From: an uncultured virus (IMG/VR IMGVR_UViG_3300019366_000026)
Taxonomy: Duplodnaviria > Heunggongvirae > Uroviricota > Caudoviricetes
Strand: one strand, 5' to 3'
Length of the DNA stretch: 33,262 nt
IMG/VR virus record: IMGVR_UViG_3300019366_000026
Shown: positions 1 through 9,410 of the stretch, piece after piece
Layout of the letters: every line of letters starts with the position of its first letter
Position numbering within the stretch: position 1 is the first letter of the stretch
The notes under the pieces: model-generated
Database searches by the model: none
What the model saw: only the letters and a program-made list of their open reading frames with translations
What the model was told of the DNA's origin: nothing
Made by a program: the position numbers and the translations under genes

Positions 1-90
1 AAAGTTTGGGTTGAAAGCGAAGCACATCTCATCAGGATAGCGAACCACGCAATCCGCTATGTTCAAAAGGGTAAATGTTCCAGTTCTCAT
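1..90 (-). CDS. N-terminus of a probable virion structural protein (runs off the window)
   Basis: ATG at 90 overlaps the TGA of the upstream gene (ATGA); reads MRTGTFTLLNIADCVVRYPDEMCFAFNPNF with no stop to position 1. Confidence 0.65.
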   Translation of the reverse strand, partial: MRTGTFTLLNIADCVVRYPDEMCFAFNPNF

Positions 91-572
91 TCCGCAGATT
101 CATTTATGCCAGACACCTTGTCAAGCAGGTTTATAGCCAGTTCCTCGCTCATCTTCTCCAGTTCCTCGTTGAGGACAGTAGAGAAAATGTCGTTGTATTG
201 TTTATTCCTATAGAGCCGAGTCCCTTTCTTCATTATGCTGTATGCAACGGCTCCGGCGAAAGACCTCAAAGCACCTTCCGGCGATTGGGGCTGTCCTGCG
301 ATGGCTTTCGCTTTTGCAGAGATACCTTTTGACTTCGCCCATTCGTATATGATTTCCTGAAAGCCTTTGGGCACAGCACCAGGCCCGCGACCCTTTTCCA
401 TTACAAGAAATACCTTCGAGCCCCATAGAGTGCCGTGGTCGCCATTAACCTCTACCGAAAGGGAAGAAACAGTGCGGCCACTCGCATTACGCTTTTCAGC
501 CACCATGCGCTCTGCAACTCTCGTTTTTATTGTATTGAGGTGCTGTGTTAGTATGTCAGTTATTTCTGCCAT
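87..572 (-). CDS. Putative neck or tail-completion protein
   Basis: 161 aa; ASGRT..SL, EKGRGPG and AVAYSIMKKGT motifs typical of phage neck proteins; lies downstream of terminase. Confidence 0.55.
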   Translation of the reverse strand: MAEITDILTQHLNTIKTRVAERMVAEKRNASGRTVSSLSVEVNGDHGTLWGSKVFLVMEKGRGPGAVPKGFQEIIYEWAKSKGISAKAKAIAGQPQSPEGALRSFAGAVAYSIMKKGTRLYRNKQYNDIFSTVLNEELEKMSEELAINLLDKVSGINESAE

Positions 573-1078
573 TAGTCGTTCTCCAGTTCTTCAGGATTAT
601 ATATATCGGAGTCCTCGCAGATGCTAACTCCTTCTTCTTCTTCAAGAATGGGAGTGATAACAACGCCAGTCACATTTTCGTCAAGATGATCGTAGAGCAC
701 CTGATAAGGCAGTTTGCCTTCCAGTTGCACGAAATAGCCGCTCTCATTGATAGCATTGATGAATCGCATACAGAGGCGTTTCATCTGCTCAACAAGGGCA
801 TCATTTTCATCGCTTTCAAAATCAAACTCGGTGCTGCATACAAAGGCTATTTGGGCCTCCGGGTAATCCTTGATTTCTTGACGGCCGATATAGAAATCTC
901 CCGACGGGGGCAGGATATACACAATGGTCGGCTTGTTGATTTTATCAAAGTCAACATTGGCCTGCGCCCAGTTCATAAAGCGATACTCAATATTCTCGCC
1001 CATCTTCAGCACCACATCGCGGACTTTGCCCTCAACTGTGCCGAGTTTGTGTTCATTGTCAAATGCCGGGTTGCTCAT
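572..1078 (-). CDS. Hypothetical virion protein, possibly tail terminator-like
   Basis: 168 aa acidic ORF coupled to both neighbours; function inferred from position only. Confidence 0.5.
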   Translation of the reverse strand: MSNPAFDNEHKLGTVEGKVRDVVLKMGENIEYRFMNWAQANVDFDKINKPTIVYILPPSGDFYIGRQEIKDYPEAQIAFVCSTEFDFESDENDALVEQMKRLCMRFINAINESGYFVQLEGKLPYQVLYDHLDENVTGVVITPILEEEEGVSICEDSDIYNPEELEND

Positions 1079-1677
1079 CTTCTTGAAGGTTTAACTTGAT
1101 ACTGTTTACGAAGGCGACGCTCATAATTGTTCTGCTCCGTATCATTCTTCATACAGTTGTAAATGCGGACCCATGCCACTTCACGAACCTCATTCTGATT
1201 GCTGATGCCCATTCGCTTTGCATACCAGTCGAGCACGCCGAACGGTCCAAAATCCAACTCCTTCACGCCGGCCGACAATTCCTCTGAAGAATAATTGACT
1301 TTAAGTGCTGAGAACAGGTTATTGATATTTGTAACCTGCTCCTTGATGAAGTTCATAAAGCCGAACACATCAAATACATTCAGTCGGCTTATTTCCCATG
1401 GCTTGAGGTCAAGAAGAATCCTCAGACACTCGGCCGCCGGATCAGAAGCACTGGCCGCGTTCCTCAAGTCCACAAGTTTACCATAGCTAATCATACTAAG
1501 AGATTCCGGGACCTCTCGCCCGGCAAGAAAACCGGGTTTGTGTGCTTGCCCCAGAGTTGCCAACAGCTCTTTCTGATGACTTACGGAACAGCAAGGAAAC
1601 AACACGAGGAATTCCCCATAGGTGTAGTGCCTTTGGGTTCTTGTCCTGCGCTGTTTGTATTTTTTGTTCTTCTTCAT
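1075..1677 (-). CDS. Hypothetical phage protein (morphogenesis region)
   Basis: 200 aa ORF immediately after the large terminase; ATGA overlap with the next gene. Confidence 0.6.
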   Translation of the reverse strand: MKKNKKYKQRRTRTQRHYTYGEFLVLFPCCSVSHQKELLATLGQAHKPGFLAGREVPESLSMISYGKLVDLRNAASASDPAAECLRILLDLKPWEISRLNVFDVFGFMNFIKEQVTNINNLFSALKVNYSSEELSAGVKELDFGPFGVLDWYAKRMGISNQNEVREVAWVRIYNCMKNDTEQNNYERRLRKQYQVKPSRR

Positions 1678-1743
1678 TGGTTCAAAGTTACTTTTATTGA
1701 ATGGGGGAACGCTTGGCGTTTCAGGTGTTTCAAGTGCAACGGT

Positions 1744-3105
1744 TTATTCAGTAGCGTACGACTTGACATTCATTGTAGCACCTCTCGTTGGCTTGGTTCG
1801 GCGGAAGAACATGTTCATCATCATAGCGTCCATATAGTCAGGAGAGCGACCTATGATAATCTTCATCACTTCTTTCGAGATGATACCTTTTCGACGGACA
1901 TCGTTGTCGATGTAAGCCTGCTTCAATGCTCCCAGTTCCTCCATTAGCCTTTCTCGTTGGTCCGGAGTGCAGATTACACGAATCTTGCGCTCATTGATCA
2001 TCTCCGCTAACTTGAAGTAGCACTCGGCTCGCAGGTTCTCGTACTTCTCTCGGTTATTGGGGTGCCCACCTCCGTGGAACTCCTTAATGCCCGGTAGAAA
2101 ACTTTCGAGGAAGTTTCCTACGCCGTCAGCATCGACGATAGTGTATGATCTTGGTACTTTCTCTTTGATAAGAATGTCGCGGAGAGTTTCATAGACCTGC
2201 TTGCCGGGAGAATAGACTTCATCGACCACGAAGCGACACACATTGCCTTCCCATACGCACACCACAAAGCGGTCGTGTCCTTTGGTCGCGATGTCGGCCG
2301 AACAGGATCTTGCCGGTTTTGGAAGAATGTGCTCGTTGGTAAAGAGGTCGTTGATGGCATCGTAGTCACAGAGAGTTGAGGGGTCATCATCGTAATCAAA
2401 GTTGCCGAAATACAGACGCTGGATTGTAACCTTGTCCGCCTTGAGCAAGTTGTCGATGTAGGCTTGGTCCACATGGGGGTTATCGAGCGGCAGTGATTTG
2501 ATAAACCTGCGGTGCGAAGCCATTGTCCCCATCTTCGCCGGTTTTACGAAATCCGTGTATATCCAGTTGCGTCGAGGGTTACAAGTGTATAGGGCTTTAG
2601 GGATTGTATGCCATCTGGTACCGTCCGGGTTCTTTCCATTGAGCACTGAGAAACGACCTTTCAATACTGAGATTGCCTTTGCGCATATCTGCTGGGCCTC
2701 GTCGATGAAACAGTCTGTGATTCCATATGAGCCAAGACGGTCATACTCCGGGTCGGAGGGCATCAGTTTGAGGTCGCGGAAATACACCACGCTCCCGTTG
2801 GAGAAATTCGCTATAAGACGAGTCGAGTTAAATTCTACCACTGAGTTCAGGCGTAAATCTGTCAAAACCTCAAAAAACGTAACGACAGTCGTATCGCGCA
2901 GCTTCACACTCTCTTCTCGACAGATGAAGCCCACGGATCCGGCCATCGTTATTCTTCGCAAAATCTGCCAAAGGCAACCGAGATAGGTCTTACCTCCACG
3001 CGCTCCGCCACCATACAGCACTTCGGACACCTCACTATTGTCCGGGGACAAATAGTCAAGTGCCTCTGCTTGTTTGCTGAAAACGTGAACATCGACCGCA
3101 CTCAT
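1744..3105 (-). CDS. terL: Terminase large subunit
   Basis: Walker A YGGGARGGKT, Walker B FIDEAQQ, TCNP coupling motif, and nuclease-domain ADIA and SPDYMDA motifs. Confidence 0.93.
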   Translation of the reverse strand: MSAVDVHVFSKQAEALDYLSPDNSEVSEVLYGGGARGGKTYLGCLWQILRRITMAGSVGFICREESVKLRDTTVVTFFEVLTDLRLNSVVEFNSTRLIANFSNGSVVYFRDLKLMPSDPEYDRLGSYGITDCFIDEAQQICAKAISVLKGRFSVLNGKNPDGTRWHTIPKALYTCNPRRNWIYTDFVKPAKMGTMASHRRFIKSLPLDNPHVDQAYIDNLLKADKVTIQRLYFGNFDYDDDPSTLCDYDAINDLFTNEHILPKPARSCSADIATKGHDRFVVCVWEGNVCRFVVDEVYSPGKQVYETLRDILIKEKVPRSYTIVDADGVGNFLESFLPGIKEFHGGGHPNNREKYENLRAECYFKLAEMINERKIRVICTPDQRERLMEELGALKQAYIDNDVRRKGIISKEVMKIIIGRSPDYMDAMMMNMFFRRTKPTRGATMNVKSYATE

Positions 3106-3179
3106 TCACCTTTGGGATATTTGACAATTCAGGCTATTCCATGGATACTGTAAAATTCGTAAATGTTTCGTGCGAGAAC

Positions 3180-3416
3180 TTATACCTGCACTCCGGGGTC
3201 AATCTGGGGCTTTTCGCCCTGATAGACGAACTTGGATTTCGGCACGAGCGTGAGTTCAAGAGCATCAAGAATCGTGTCAAGATTCTCATTGCTGATGGCG
3301 CGGTTGCCGACAAGAAATGACGAGATAGTGCTGGGGTTTATCTTCGTCTTGGAGGCAAGGTCTTTCACAGAGATACCGGCCTCATTCATCTTACCTTTTA
3401 TCTTCTCTCTAAACAT
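3180..3416 (-). CDS. XRE-family HTH protein
   Basis: From MFREK (ATG 3416): ISVKDLASKTKINPSTISSFLVGNR helix-turn-helix. Confidence 0.85.
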   Translation of the reverse strand: MFREKIKGKMNEAGISVKDLASKTKINPSTISSFLVGNRAISNENLDTILDALELTLVPKSKFVYQGEKPQIDPGVQV

Positions 3417-3636
3417 TGTCTGTGGTTTTAGGTGATTTGTAAACTTCATCGGTGTTGCCCAGAGTCAGGCCAAGCACCATGCAGATTTTCTCAAGCACAT
3501 CGAAAGGGATCGTTCGGTTGCCCTTCAGGTAGGCTGAAAGATTCTGAGTCTTTATGCCAACCTTATCGCTGAGTTCAACCTGCTTCACATTGAGTTCTTT
3601 CATGCGGAGAAATATCTTCTCTCTAACTGTTGCCAT
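3409..3636 (-). CDS. XRE-family HTH protein
   Basis: KQVELSDKVGIKTQNLSAYLKGNR helix-turn-helix; 8-nt overlap with the next HTH gene. Confidence 0.85.
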   Translation of the reverse strand: MATVREKIFLRMKELNVKQVELSDKVGIKTQNLSAYLKGNRTIPFDVLEKICMVLGLTLGNTDEVYKSPKTTDNV

Positions 3637-3640
3637 ATTT

Positions 3641-5314
3641 TCAAATTTTATGTTTGTCTTTGTAATGCCGAAGAGCCATATCCACGATACGTTCTTCTAT
3701 GTTATTATCGGCGCCGGTTACGACGCTGGAATCATCGCGTTCCTTTTGGATAATCTCAAGGATTCTCTCGTCGATAGTGTTGCGCGCGAGGAGATAGTAG
3801 CAGTTAACAGCGTTCTTCTGCCCATTACGATGCGCACGGCACTCAGCCTGTTCACAATCCGAAGCCGTCCACGGAAACTCAATAAATAGAGTTCGGGAAG
3901 CAGCCGTGAGAGTGATGCCGACACCTCCGGACTTGTAATTGAGGGCTATGAGCCTACAATCTGGGGTGTTTTGGAACTTATCTATTGCCGCTTGCTTTTT
4001 CTCCTGCGAGTCAGAGCCAGTTACTGTTACCGTGCCGGGGAACGCTTTCATTATGTCCGCGATGACCGTCTTGTGAAATGCGAAGACAATGAGCTTATCG
4101 CCGCCATCGATGACATCGTGAATGAAGTTGATAGCCTCTTTCATTTTTCCGCGTGCCGATATTTGCCGGAGGTGGTTAATCTGTACCATGGCCGTGGCCC
4201 TTGCCGCGCTTCGGAGTTTAGAGTCCGAGGCAGATTCATATTCCATCAGATAGCGGATAAGATCATTCTCTGCAAATTCGTATTCCTGGCGGTTATCAAT
4301 ATCCACTGTGAGATACTGGCGGGTTTTCTCCGGAAGGTCTTTCAAGGCAAGACTTTTATCCCTGCGGAAATAGCACGATTGCCATAGGCGGTAATGAAGC
4401 TCGTATAGATTCGAGGATTTATCCGTGCCTTGGCAGTATCTCTCTCTGAATCTGGCCGCGCCCCCGAAATCATCTATGCGTCGCATGATACGGAGTTGCT
4501 GTATCAAATCCTCATTGCTGGTGACAATGGGAGTGCCAGTCAATAGCCATATGTATTCCTTGTTGGCGCAAAGTGCTTCGAGGTATAGGCTCCACAAAGC
4601 CGTCGTATTGCAACAGCGGTGGGATTCGTCGATGATAACCGACTTGAACATTCCGGCTCTCTTATCAAGGACAATGTTCTTGACAGTGGTTCTGCCACGT
4701 ACACGGCTTACAAAATACTTCTTGACGCTTTCATAGTTCGTGATGAATACATTGCAAGTGCCCGTTTCAAAATGCTTATGCCAGTTATTTTTATTCGCAT
4801 CAGAAAGTATTATGGCTTGCTTGCCAATGAATCGCTGAAACTCTCTTTGCCATGTCACTTTCATTGTCGCCGGAGCTACGACAAGACATGGATACGCTCT
4901 GGCAATAGATACCGCAGCGATACTCTGCATAGTTTTGCCGAGACCCATATCGTCGCCATTGAAGCACCGCTTATGCTCAATCATGTACTGAATTCCCTGT
5001 CGTTGGTAGTCAAAGGGAGGCAATTTCAAGTGAGTGATTGGGTACTGCAAGTCCGGCATGCGTTCCGGGAAGCCAAGAATCTCGGAACGGTCATCTACAC
5101 GATGGACTCCAGAGGCAAGACCTCGCTTGACAGCATATTCACAAAATTCCTTCAAGAACCGGCGATGCTGGAAATCCACTCTCCAACACCTATCACGCAT
5201 TATGAATCGCGCCGATGGGATTTTCTGAATAAAGTATGCCAAAGCAGGGCTATTATAGAAATTCAATTCATAATAGCCCTCCTTCTCTTTCTCTATGAAG
5301 AATATCTCAATCAC
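3641..5314 (-). CDS. SNF2-family helicase/translocase
   Basis: DDMGLGKT, IIDESH, LTGTP, GVGITLT and QAECRAHRNGQ motifs. Confidence 0.92.
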   Translation of the reverse strand: MIEIFFIEKEKEGYYELNFYNSPALAYFIQKIPSARFIMRDRCWRVDFQHRRFLKEFCEYAVKRGLASGVHRVDDRSEILGFPERMPDLQYPITHLKLPPFDYQRQGIQYMIEHKRCFNGDDMGLGKTMQSIAAVSIARAYPCLVVAPATMKVTWQREFQRFIGKQAIILSDANKNNWHKHFETGTCNVFITNYESVKKYFVSRVRGRTTVKNIVLDKRAGMFKSVIIDESHRCCNTTALWSLYLEALCANKEYIWLLTGTPIVTSNEDLIQQLRIMRRIDDFGGAARFRERYCQGTDKSSNLYELHYRLWQSCYFRRDKSLALKDLPEKTRQYLTVDIDNRQEYEFAENDLIRYLMEYESASDSKLRSAARATAMVQINHLRQISARGKMKEAINFIHDVIDGGDKLIVFAFHKTVIADIMKAFPGTVTVTGSDSQEKKQAAIDKFQNTPDCRLIALNYKSGGVGITLTAASRTLFIEFPWTASDCEQAECRAHRNGQKNAVNCYYLLARNTIDERILEIIQKERDDSSVVTGADNNIEERIVDMALRHYKDKHKI

Positions 5315-5320
5315 GGCACT

Positions 5321-5719
5321 TTAATCTCGCTTCACGTCGGGGTCACGCACAATATTGATGACTGTTGGCATTGGGTTCTCAAGATTGACATTAACAGATT
5401 CGCCGAAGCCTTCTTCTCGGCCGAGCGTCGATAGCATATACCGCAACATCTGGCCGTCTGGTTTCTCTTTCCAACCGATAATGTGGCCGGTAGCAGGATC
5501 GATATGGGGTATGCCAAGGGCTATAATACGGGCAGCATCGAGGCACTGGTCGAATAGCTTCATTCGCGAATCCTTTACAGCAGCCTTGAACATTTCGTCT
5601 TCGCGAATCCAGTTATGAATGGTCTGACGCGTCACGCCAAGAATGCCGGCGGTCTGTGTCAGATTGCCGCCGGTCTTTCTTATCGCGTCTTCAAACTCGT
5701 CAAAATTTGGTTTTCGCAT
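5321..5719 (-). CDS. Putative terminase small subunit
   Basis: N-terminal HTH (GNLTQTAGILGVTRQTIHNW), then ..YMLSTLGREEGFGE; size and position upstream of TerL. Confidence 0.7.
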   Translation of the reverse strand: MRKPNFDEFEDAIRKTGGNLTQTAGILGVTRQTIHNWIREDEMFKAAVKDSRMKLFDQCLDAARIIALGIPHIDPATGHIIGWKEKPDGQMLRYMLSTLGREEGFGESVNVNLENPMPTVINIVRDPDVKRD

Positions 5720-5722
5720 ATT

Positions 5723-6202
5723 TTAGGTTTTGGGGTCGTCAAATAATCCAAATTGCTGTTGAGTGGGAGACTGCGGCACGTCGGGTAGCGATGCAAGCAT
5801 ATTAGCGAATTGCCAATTTCGGCAAGTGCTGAAGAGCCGGTTTCTTGATTGAGGGAGTCGCCAATTTATGTATTTCGTGTCGATGAATATCTGCCGCGCA
5901 TTATTGATTTTCAGCTTGACAAATTCGTTGTCAATGATAATCTGACGGCCTACACTGCGCACGAAAGCCACATGGAGATTTTTGTTCCAATCAAAGTTCA
6001 CATCGACGCCACAGAGATAGTAGAATCGACTTTCTTCAAGTTCAAGATTTGGGGGCAATGAACGCATAAATCCACGGACACGCTTGTCATTATGACCGAG
6101 TAGGGATTTCATGCAGTGGGTGTTGAGGTCAACACCATAGACGTATCGCAACCATAGAATTTTGTAGGTGTTGCGAAACTCACAGTATTCTATTTCTACC
6201 AT
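5723..6202 (-). CDS. Hypothetical protein
   Basis: 159 aa ORF with its own promoter; WLRYVYGVDL..HC, YYLCGV and NLH motifs; no family recognised. Confidence 0.7.
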   Translation of the reverse strand: MVEIEYCEFRNTYKILWLRYVYGVDLNTHCMKSLLGHNDKRVRGFMRSLPPNLELEESRFYYLCGVDVNFDWNKNLHVAFVRSVGRQIIIDNEFVKLKINNARQIFIDTKYINWRLPQSRNRLFSTCRNWQFANMLASLPDVPQSPTQQQFGLFDDPKT

Positions 6203-6220
6203 TTGAGTCGTTGATTAAAT

Positions 6221-6301
6221 ATCTTATTTGCAATAACAAAGATACTGAATTTTAATCAATTATGCAAATTTTGGCAAGGTTAAGCCATCATCAAATTTGC
6301 A
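6221..6301 (-). promoter_or_regulatory. Bacteroidetes sigmaA-type promoter with three ATCWTATTTGCA-like boxes
   Basis: Minus strand: TTTG (6265-6268), 20-nt spacer, TATCTTTG (6237-6244); boxes start at 6221, 6255 and 6290. Confidence 0.75.
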
Positions 6302-6314
6302 AATTTTCAGCACC

Positions 6315-7694
6315 TTAATCGTTCAACCCAAACAGCGGAAGGATATCGCCCTGACGGTTGTATGACTGATTGTTCGGGAGGTTGAGATTGAACTCGTAGT
6401 TGATGGCGTTGATGTACTCTTCGCGTGTCAACTCACGGACTTTGTAAGCCCCCCAGCCCCAATAGCCGGATTTGTTATACTGCATGAAAGACTCAAAGCC
6501 GAAACGCTCGAACATAGCCTGAACCTGCTCCTTTGTGAGGAACTTCTGGAAGAACCATTGGCCCTCCTGCATGAAGGCGGTAAGACCGTTCTCATCGAAG
6601 AACTGAACGGTTGTCGTGCAATCCACAGTGTTGCGCTTAGCTCCGTACTGCTTCATTGCAACTTCCTTCGAGCGACCGGACACGAATACCTTGCCACCCA
6701 TCTTTGTGAATAGATTGAGACAGGTCAGTACGGCATCTTCAGCATACTGCGTGTTCACAGAGTTCAGCACTGCGTCGCAGATGGTGTAATCGAACACACC
6801 ACCATTGATTATGCCATTCTCTTTGATGTAGGAAATGAACGCATCAATCATTTCGTGGCCTTTGGCAATTGATATGCCCTTCAGGTTGTGATTGAAGAAT
6901 TCAAGACCGATGGCGTAGCGGTAGCCGAGTTCGCGGCGGAGTTTGTTGATGAACATTGCCTTGCCGCAACCGAAGTCCAAGATCTTCACTTTACGCTTGT
7001 CTTCTTTTTCCAGGTGGGGCACAACCTCACGATAAAGAACTGACCAGTCTATACCCTTGTGACGCGGGGGCTGGGCTCGCCCCTGCATAAAGTCGGCTCG
7101 CTCGATATGCTCATAGTTGAACACTCCGTAGTCTTTCTTGAAGTAGTAGTCGAAGATACCACGCTTGCCTCCCTCGAGGAAGTAGCAATGAATGGGATAG
7201 CCGAGAGTTGCTGCAGCTTTGATGTAGTTGTTTCCGAAGACCACCTCATCGCCACATACGATAGCGCAGAGAGCATCGCCGAATTTAACGATAAGACGGC
7301 AGATGTCTTTCACAATAGAAGCGTTGGCTTCGACAATCTCAAAGTCTGAGGCGGGAATGTCATCGTGAAAAGTCCCGGCTTCACGAGAAGCTTTGCACTT
7401 GCTCAACTTTTCGGGTTCAAGTTCCACGCCATTGTGGACTTGGTTGAAGAGGATTTCAGATTCGATGTCAACACCGCTTATGAAGTAAACCGGTGCTTCC
7501 GTGAGTCCTACAGCCGTTGCGGCCTTGGTACGTTGGTGCCCGGCAACGATTGTCATGTTGTCGCGGTTGACGATAATCGGAAGAATGAAGCCGAGTGTCT
7601 TTAAGCTACCCTGCAACTCCACAAATGCCTCGTCAGTAATCTTACGGGGATTGTAAGATGCTGGTCGGATGTCTGCGAATTTTACGTAATCCAT
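6315..7694 (-). CDS. ParB/Srx-like N-terminal domain fused to a class I SAM-dependent methyltransferase
   Basis: YNPRKI..LGFILPIIVN..IVAGHQR (ParB-like); ILDFGCGK SAM-binding motif; ICDAVLNSV. Confidence 0.85.
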   Translation of the reverse strand: MDYVKFADIRPASYNPRKITDEAFVELQGSLKTLGFILPIIVNRDNMTIVAGHQRTKAATAVGLTEAPVYFISGVDIESEILFNQVHNGVELEPEKLSKCKASREAGTFHDDIPASDFEIVEANASIVKDICRLIVKFGDALCAIVCGDEVVFGNNYIKAAATLGYPIHCYFLEGGKRGIFDYYFKKDYGVFNYEHIERADFMQGRAQPPRHKGIDWSVLYREVVPHLEKEDKRKVKILDFGCGKAMFINKLRRELGYRYAIGLEFFNHNLKGISIAKGHEMIDAFISYIKENGIINGGVFDYTICDAVLNSVNTQYAEDAVLTCLNLFTKMGGKVFVSGRSKEVAMKQYGAKRNTVDCTTTVQFFDENGLTAFMQEGQWFFQKFLTKEQVQAMFERFGFESFMQYNKSGYWGWGAYKVRELTREEYINAINYEFNLNLPNNQSYNRQGDILPLFGLND

Positions 7695-7729
7695 GATTGT
7701 TGTGATATTTAGTCGTTTTGGGGAAATAT

Positions 7730-8452
7730 TTATTCAGGCATTTCAAATACCGTGTCAGAATCCTCTCCACTGTCCTGATCGATAGGCGCGGAATCCTCCA
7801 GTAGGCTCTTAACGAAACCGAAGTTGACACCGGTCTGGTCCACGTAGTCATTGTAGCGACTCACAAGGGCTTCGTATTCCTCCTTGGTTACAGACACGAC
7901 ATACTTGCCGAATGTCAGCATGTTAATTTTCTTCGGAGTAGAACCCTTAATCTTGGTCATTACAGTGTCATCATCGTCAGGATTATAGAACAGACCTTCA
8001 TCGAAGCCGAAATTTACGAGGTTGATTTCATCGTACATTTGCTGGAGCTTGGTGTAGTCGAACTCGCCAAACTCATTGTTATCTTTGATAATCAGTTCCT
8101 TTTCCTCTTCTTCGGATAGGTCGGCCACCGTGACATGAACAATTGGATTTTCGAGCCATTCTTTCCAGTAATCGATTACTGCGTCACGCTGTTTCTCGGT
8201 CATGCCGAGCCACTTTTCGTTCTCCTGAAGGATTACCATCCAATCCATCGGGGTAGTTGTCAGGATTTCCTTGAGAATTGTGGTGCGCTGGTTGCCGGCA
8301 AGCACTACATTGTCTTTGTTGACAATAATGTCGCGGTAATAGAGCATCTTCGGGAAGAGCATTATGCTCTGCTGAAGACGACGCTTTTGCCCCACGACAA
8401 TCTTACGAGGATTGATGGGGTTTATGATAAGTTCTTTGATGTCCTTTTTCAT
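7730..8452 (-). CDS. ParB/Srx-like domain protein (paralogue 2)
   Basis: NPINPRKI..FPKML..IIVN..VLAGNQR..IIKDN..FGEFD. Confidence 0.8.
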   Translation of the reverse strand: MKKDIKELIINPINPRKIVVGQKRRLQQSIMLFPKMLYYRDIIVNKDNVVLAGNQRTTILKEILTTTPMDWMVILQENEKWLGMTEKQRDAVIDYWKEWLENPIVHVTVADLSEEEEKELIIKDNNEFGEFDYTKLQQMYDEINLVNFGFDEGLFYNPDDDDTVMTKIKGSTPKKINMLTFGKYVVSVTKEEYEALVSRYNDYVDQTGVNFGFVKSLLEDSAPIDQDSGEDSDTVFEMPE

Positions 8453-9120
8453 TTGCCGAGAAGTAATTCAGTTAAAAATCCATCACTTATGCCGTCGTGC
8501 TCCTGAAGATATTCATCAAGACGTGCAGAAAGGCCTTTAAATTCTTGGTCTGTCATCTGACATTCCACATAACCGCATTTGAATTTTTCAGGATATGTCT
8601 TGGATAGGTCAAGATTCTTGTCGTTGATTTTGTCGTCGTAGTCGTAGAGGTTCCACGCCACATAGCCGAGGTAGTCGCCGATGGCCTCACGCTCGAAATG
8701 GCGCTTCATTATTTCGATGTCATCTTCGCCGTAGTGGAGATTGTCTTTTATAAGAATCTCTTTCTCTTCCTCGGCAGAAACATTATCGAGTATGCGAACG
8801 AACACTGTGGGCTTTTTCTTCCATTTGGCCCAGAAAGCGAGAAGCGCAGTTTTCTCCTCGTCAGAGGCCATACGGAATTTCTTCTGGTTGAACAGATAAT
8901 CCTCAATCTCATTGTCATCGAGTTCAAGAATTTTGTTCAGGCACTGTACGCGACCGTTACCGCCAACAATTACATCGTCTTGGTTTACGAGAATGGGGCG
9001 CAATTCGAGCATCTTCGGAAATACGAGCAGACTCTCGATCAGCTTTCCCTCCATAAACTCGCTCATGGTACGAGGATTGTCAGGATTGGGTTTAAGTTTT
9101 CGTATGTCTTTTTTATCCAT
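8449..9120 (-). CDS. ParB/Srx-like domain protein (paralogue 1)
   Basis: PNPDNPRTM..FPKMLELRPILVN..IVGGNGR..LIKDN..YGEDD. Confidence 0.8.
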   Translation of the reverse strand: MDKKDIRKLKPNPDNPRTMSEFMEGKLIESLLVFPKMLELRPILVNQDDVIVGGNGRVQCLNKILELDDNEIEDYLFNQKKFRMASDEEKTALLAFWAKWKKKPTVFVRILDNVSAEEEKEILIKDNLHYGEDDIEIMKRHFEREAIGDYLGYVAWNLYDYDDKINDKNLDLSKTYPEKFKCGYVECQMTDQEFKGLSARLDEYLQEHDGISDGFLTELLLGK

Positions 9121-9145
9121 TGTGATATTGATAGTTTTCTAAGCG

Positions 9146-9177
9146 CAAAGATAATCAAAATGCGTAGCTTAGCCAAG
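9146..9177 (-). promoter_or_regulatory. Promoter for the ParB/methyltransferase operon
   Basis: Minus strand: CTTG (9174-9177), 20-nt spacer, TATCTTTG (9146-9153). Confidence 0.65.
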
Positions 9178-9280
9178 TATTTATAGATAAAATAATCAAT
9201 ATGATTAGTTGATAAGGTTAGGGATTGCGCTTTTGGTGATTTTTCACACTTAAAATGATGATTATTTGGGCTTTTTTCGT

Positions 9281-9410
9281 TATCTTTGCACTATGGATAT
9301 TTAGTTTAGAGTCCCTTGCCCTTTTTACTGGGGCAACTGGGGTTTTTGATTAAATATCTTATTTGCATTTAAGTGAGTTAACCCGTGAGGGCCCGCTCAC
9401 TTTCTTTGTT
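9281..9410 (+). ncRNA. Candidate small RNA (promoter -7 box, two hairpins, U-rich tail)
   Basis: TATCTTTG at 9281-9288 (no consensus -33 box); stem TTGCCC/GGGCAA at 9316-9336; stem AAGTGAG/CTCACTT at 9371-9402 capped by CCC-GTGA-GGG; T-rich tail. Confidence 0.4.

Noticed and set aside
6315..9120. ParABS partition system
   Set aside because: No ParA or parS is seen and the proteins lack an evident ParB HTH; the context points to modification- or packaging-associated ParB/Srx domains
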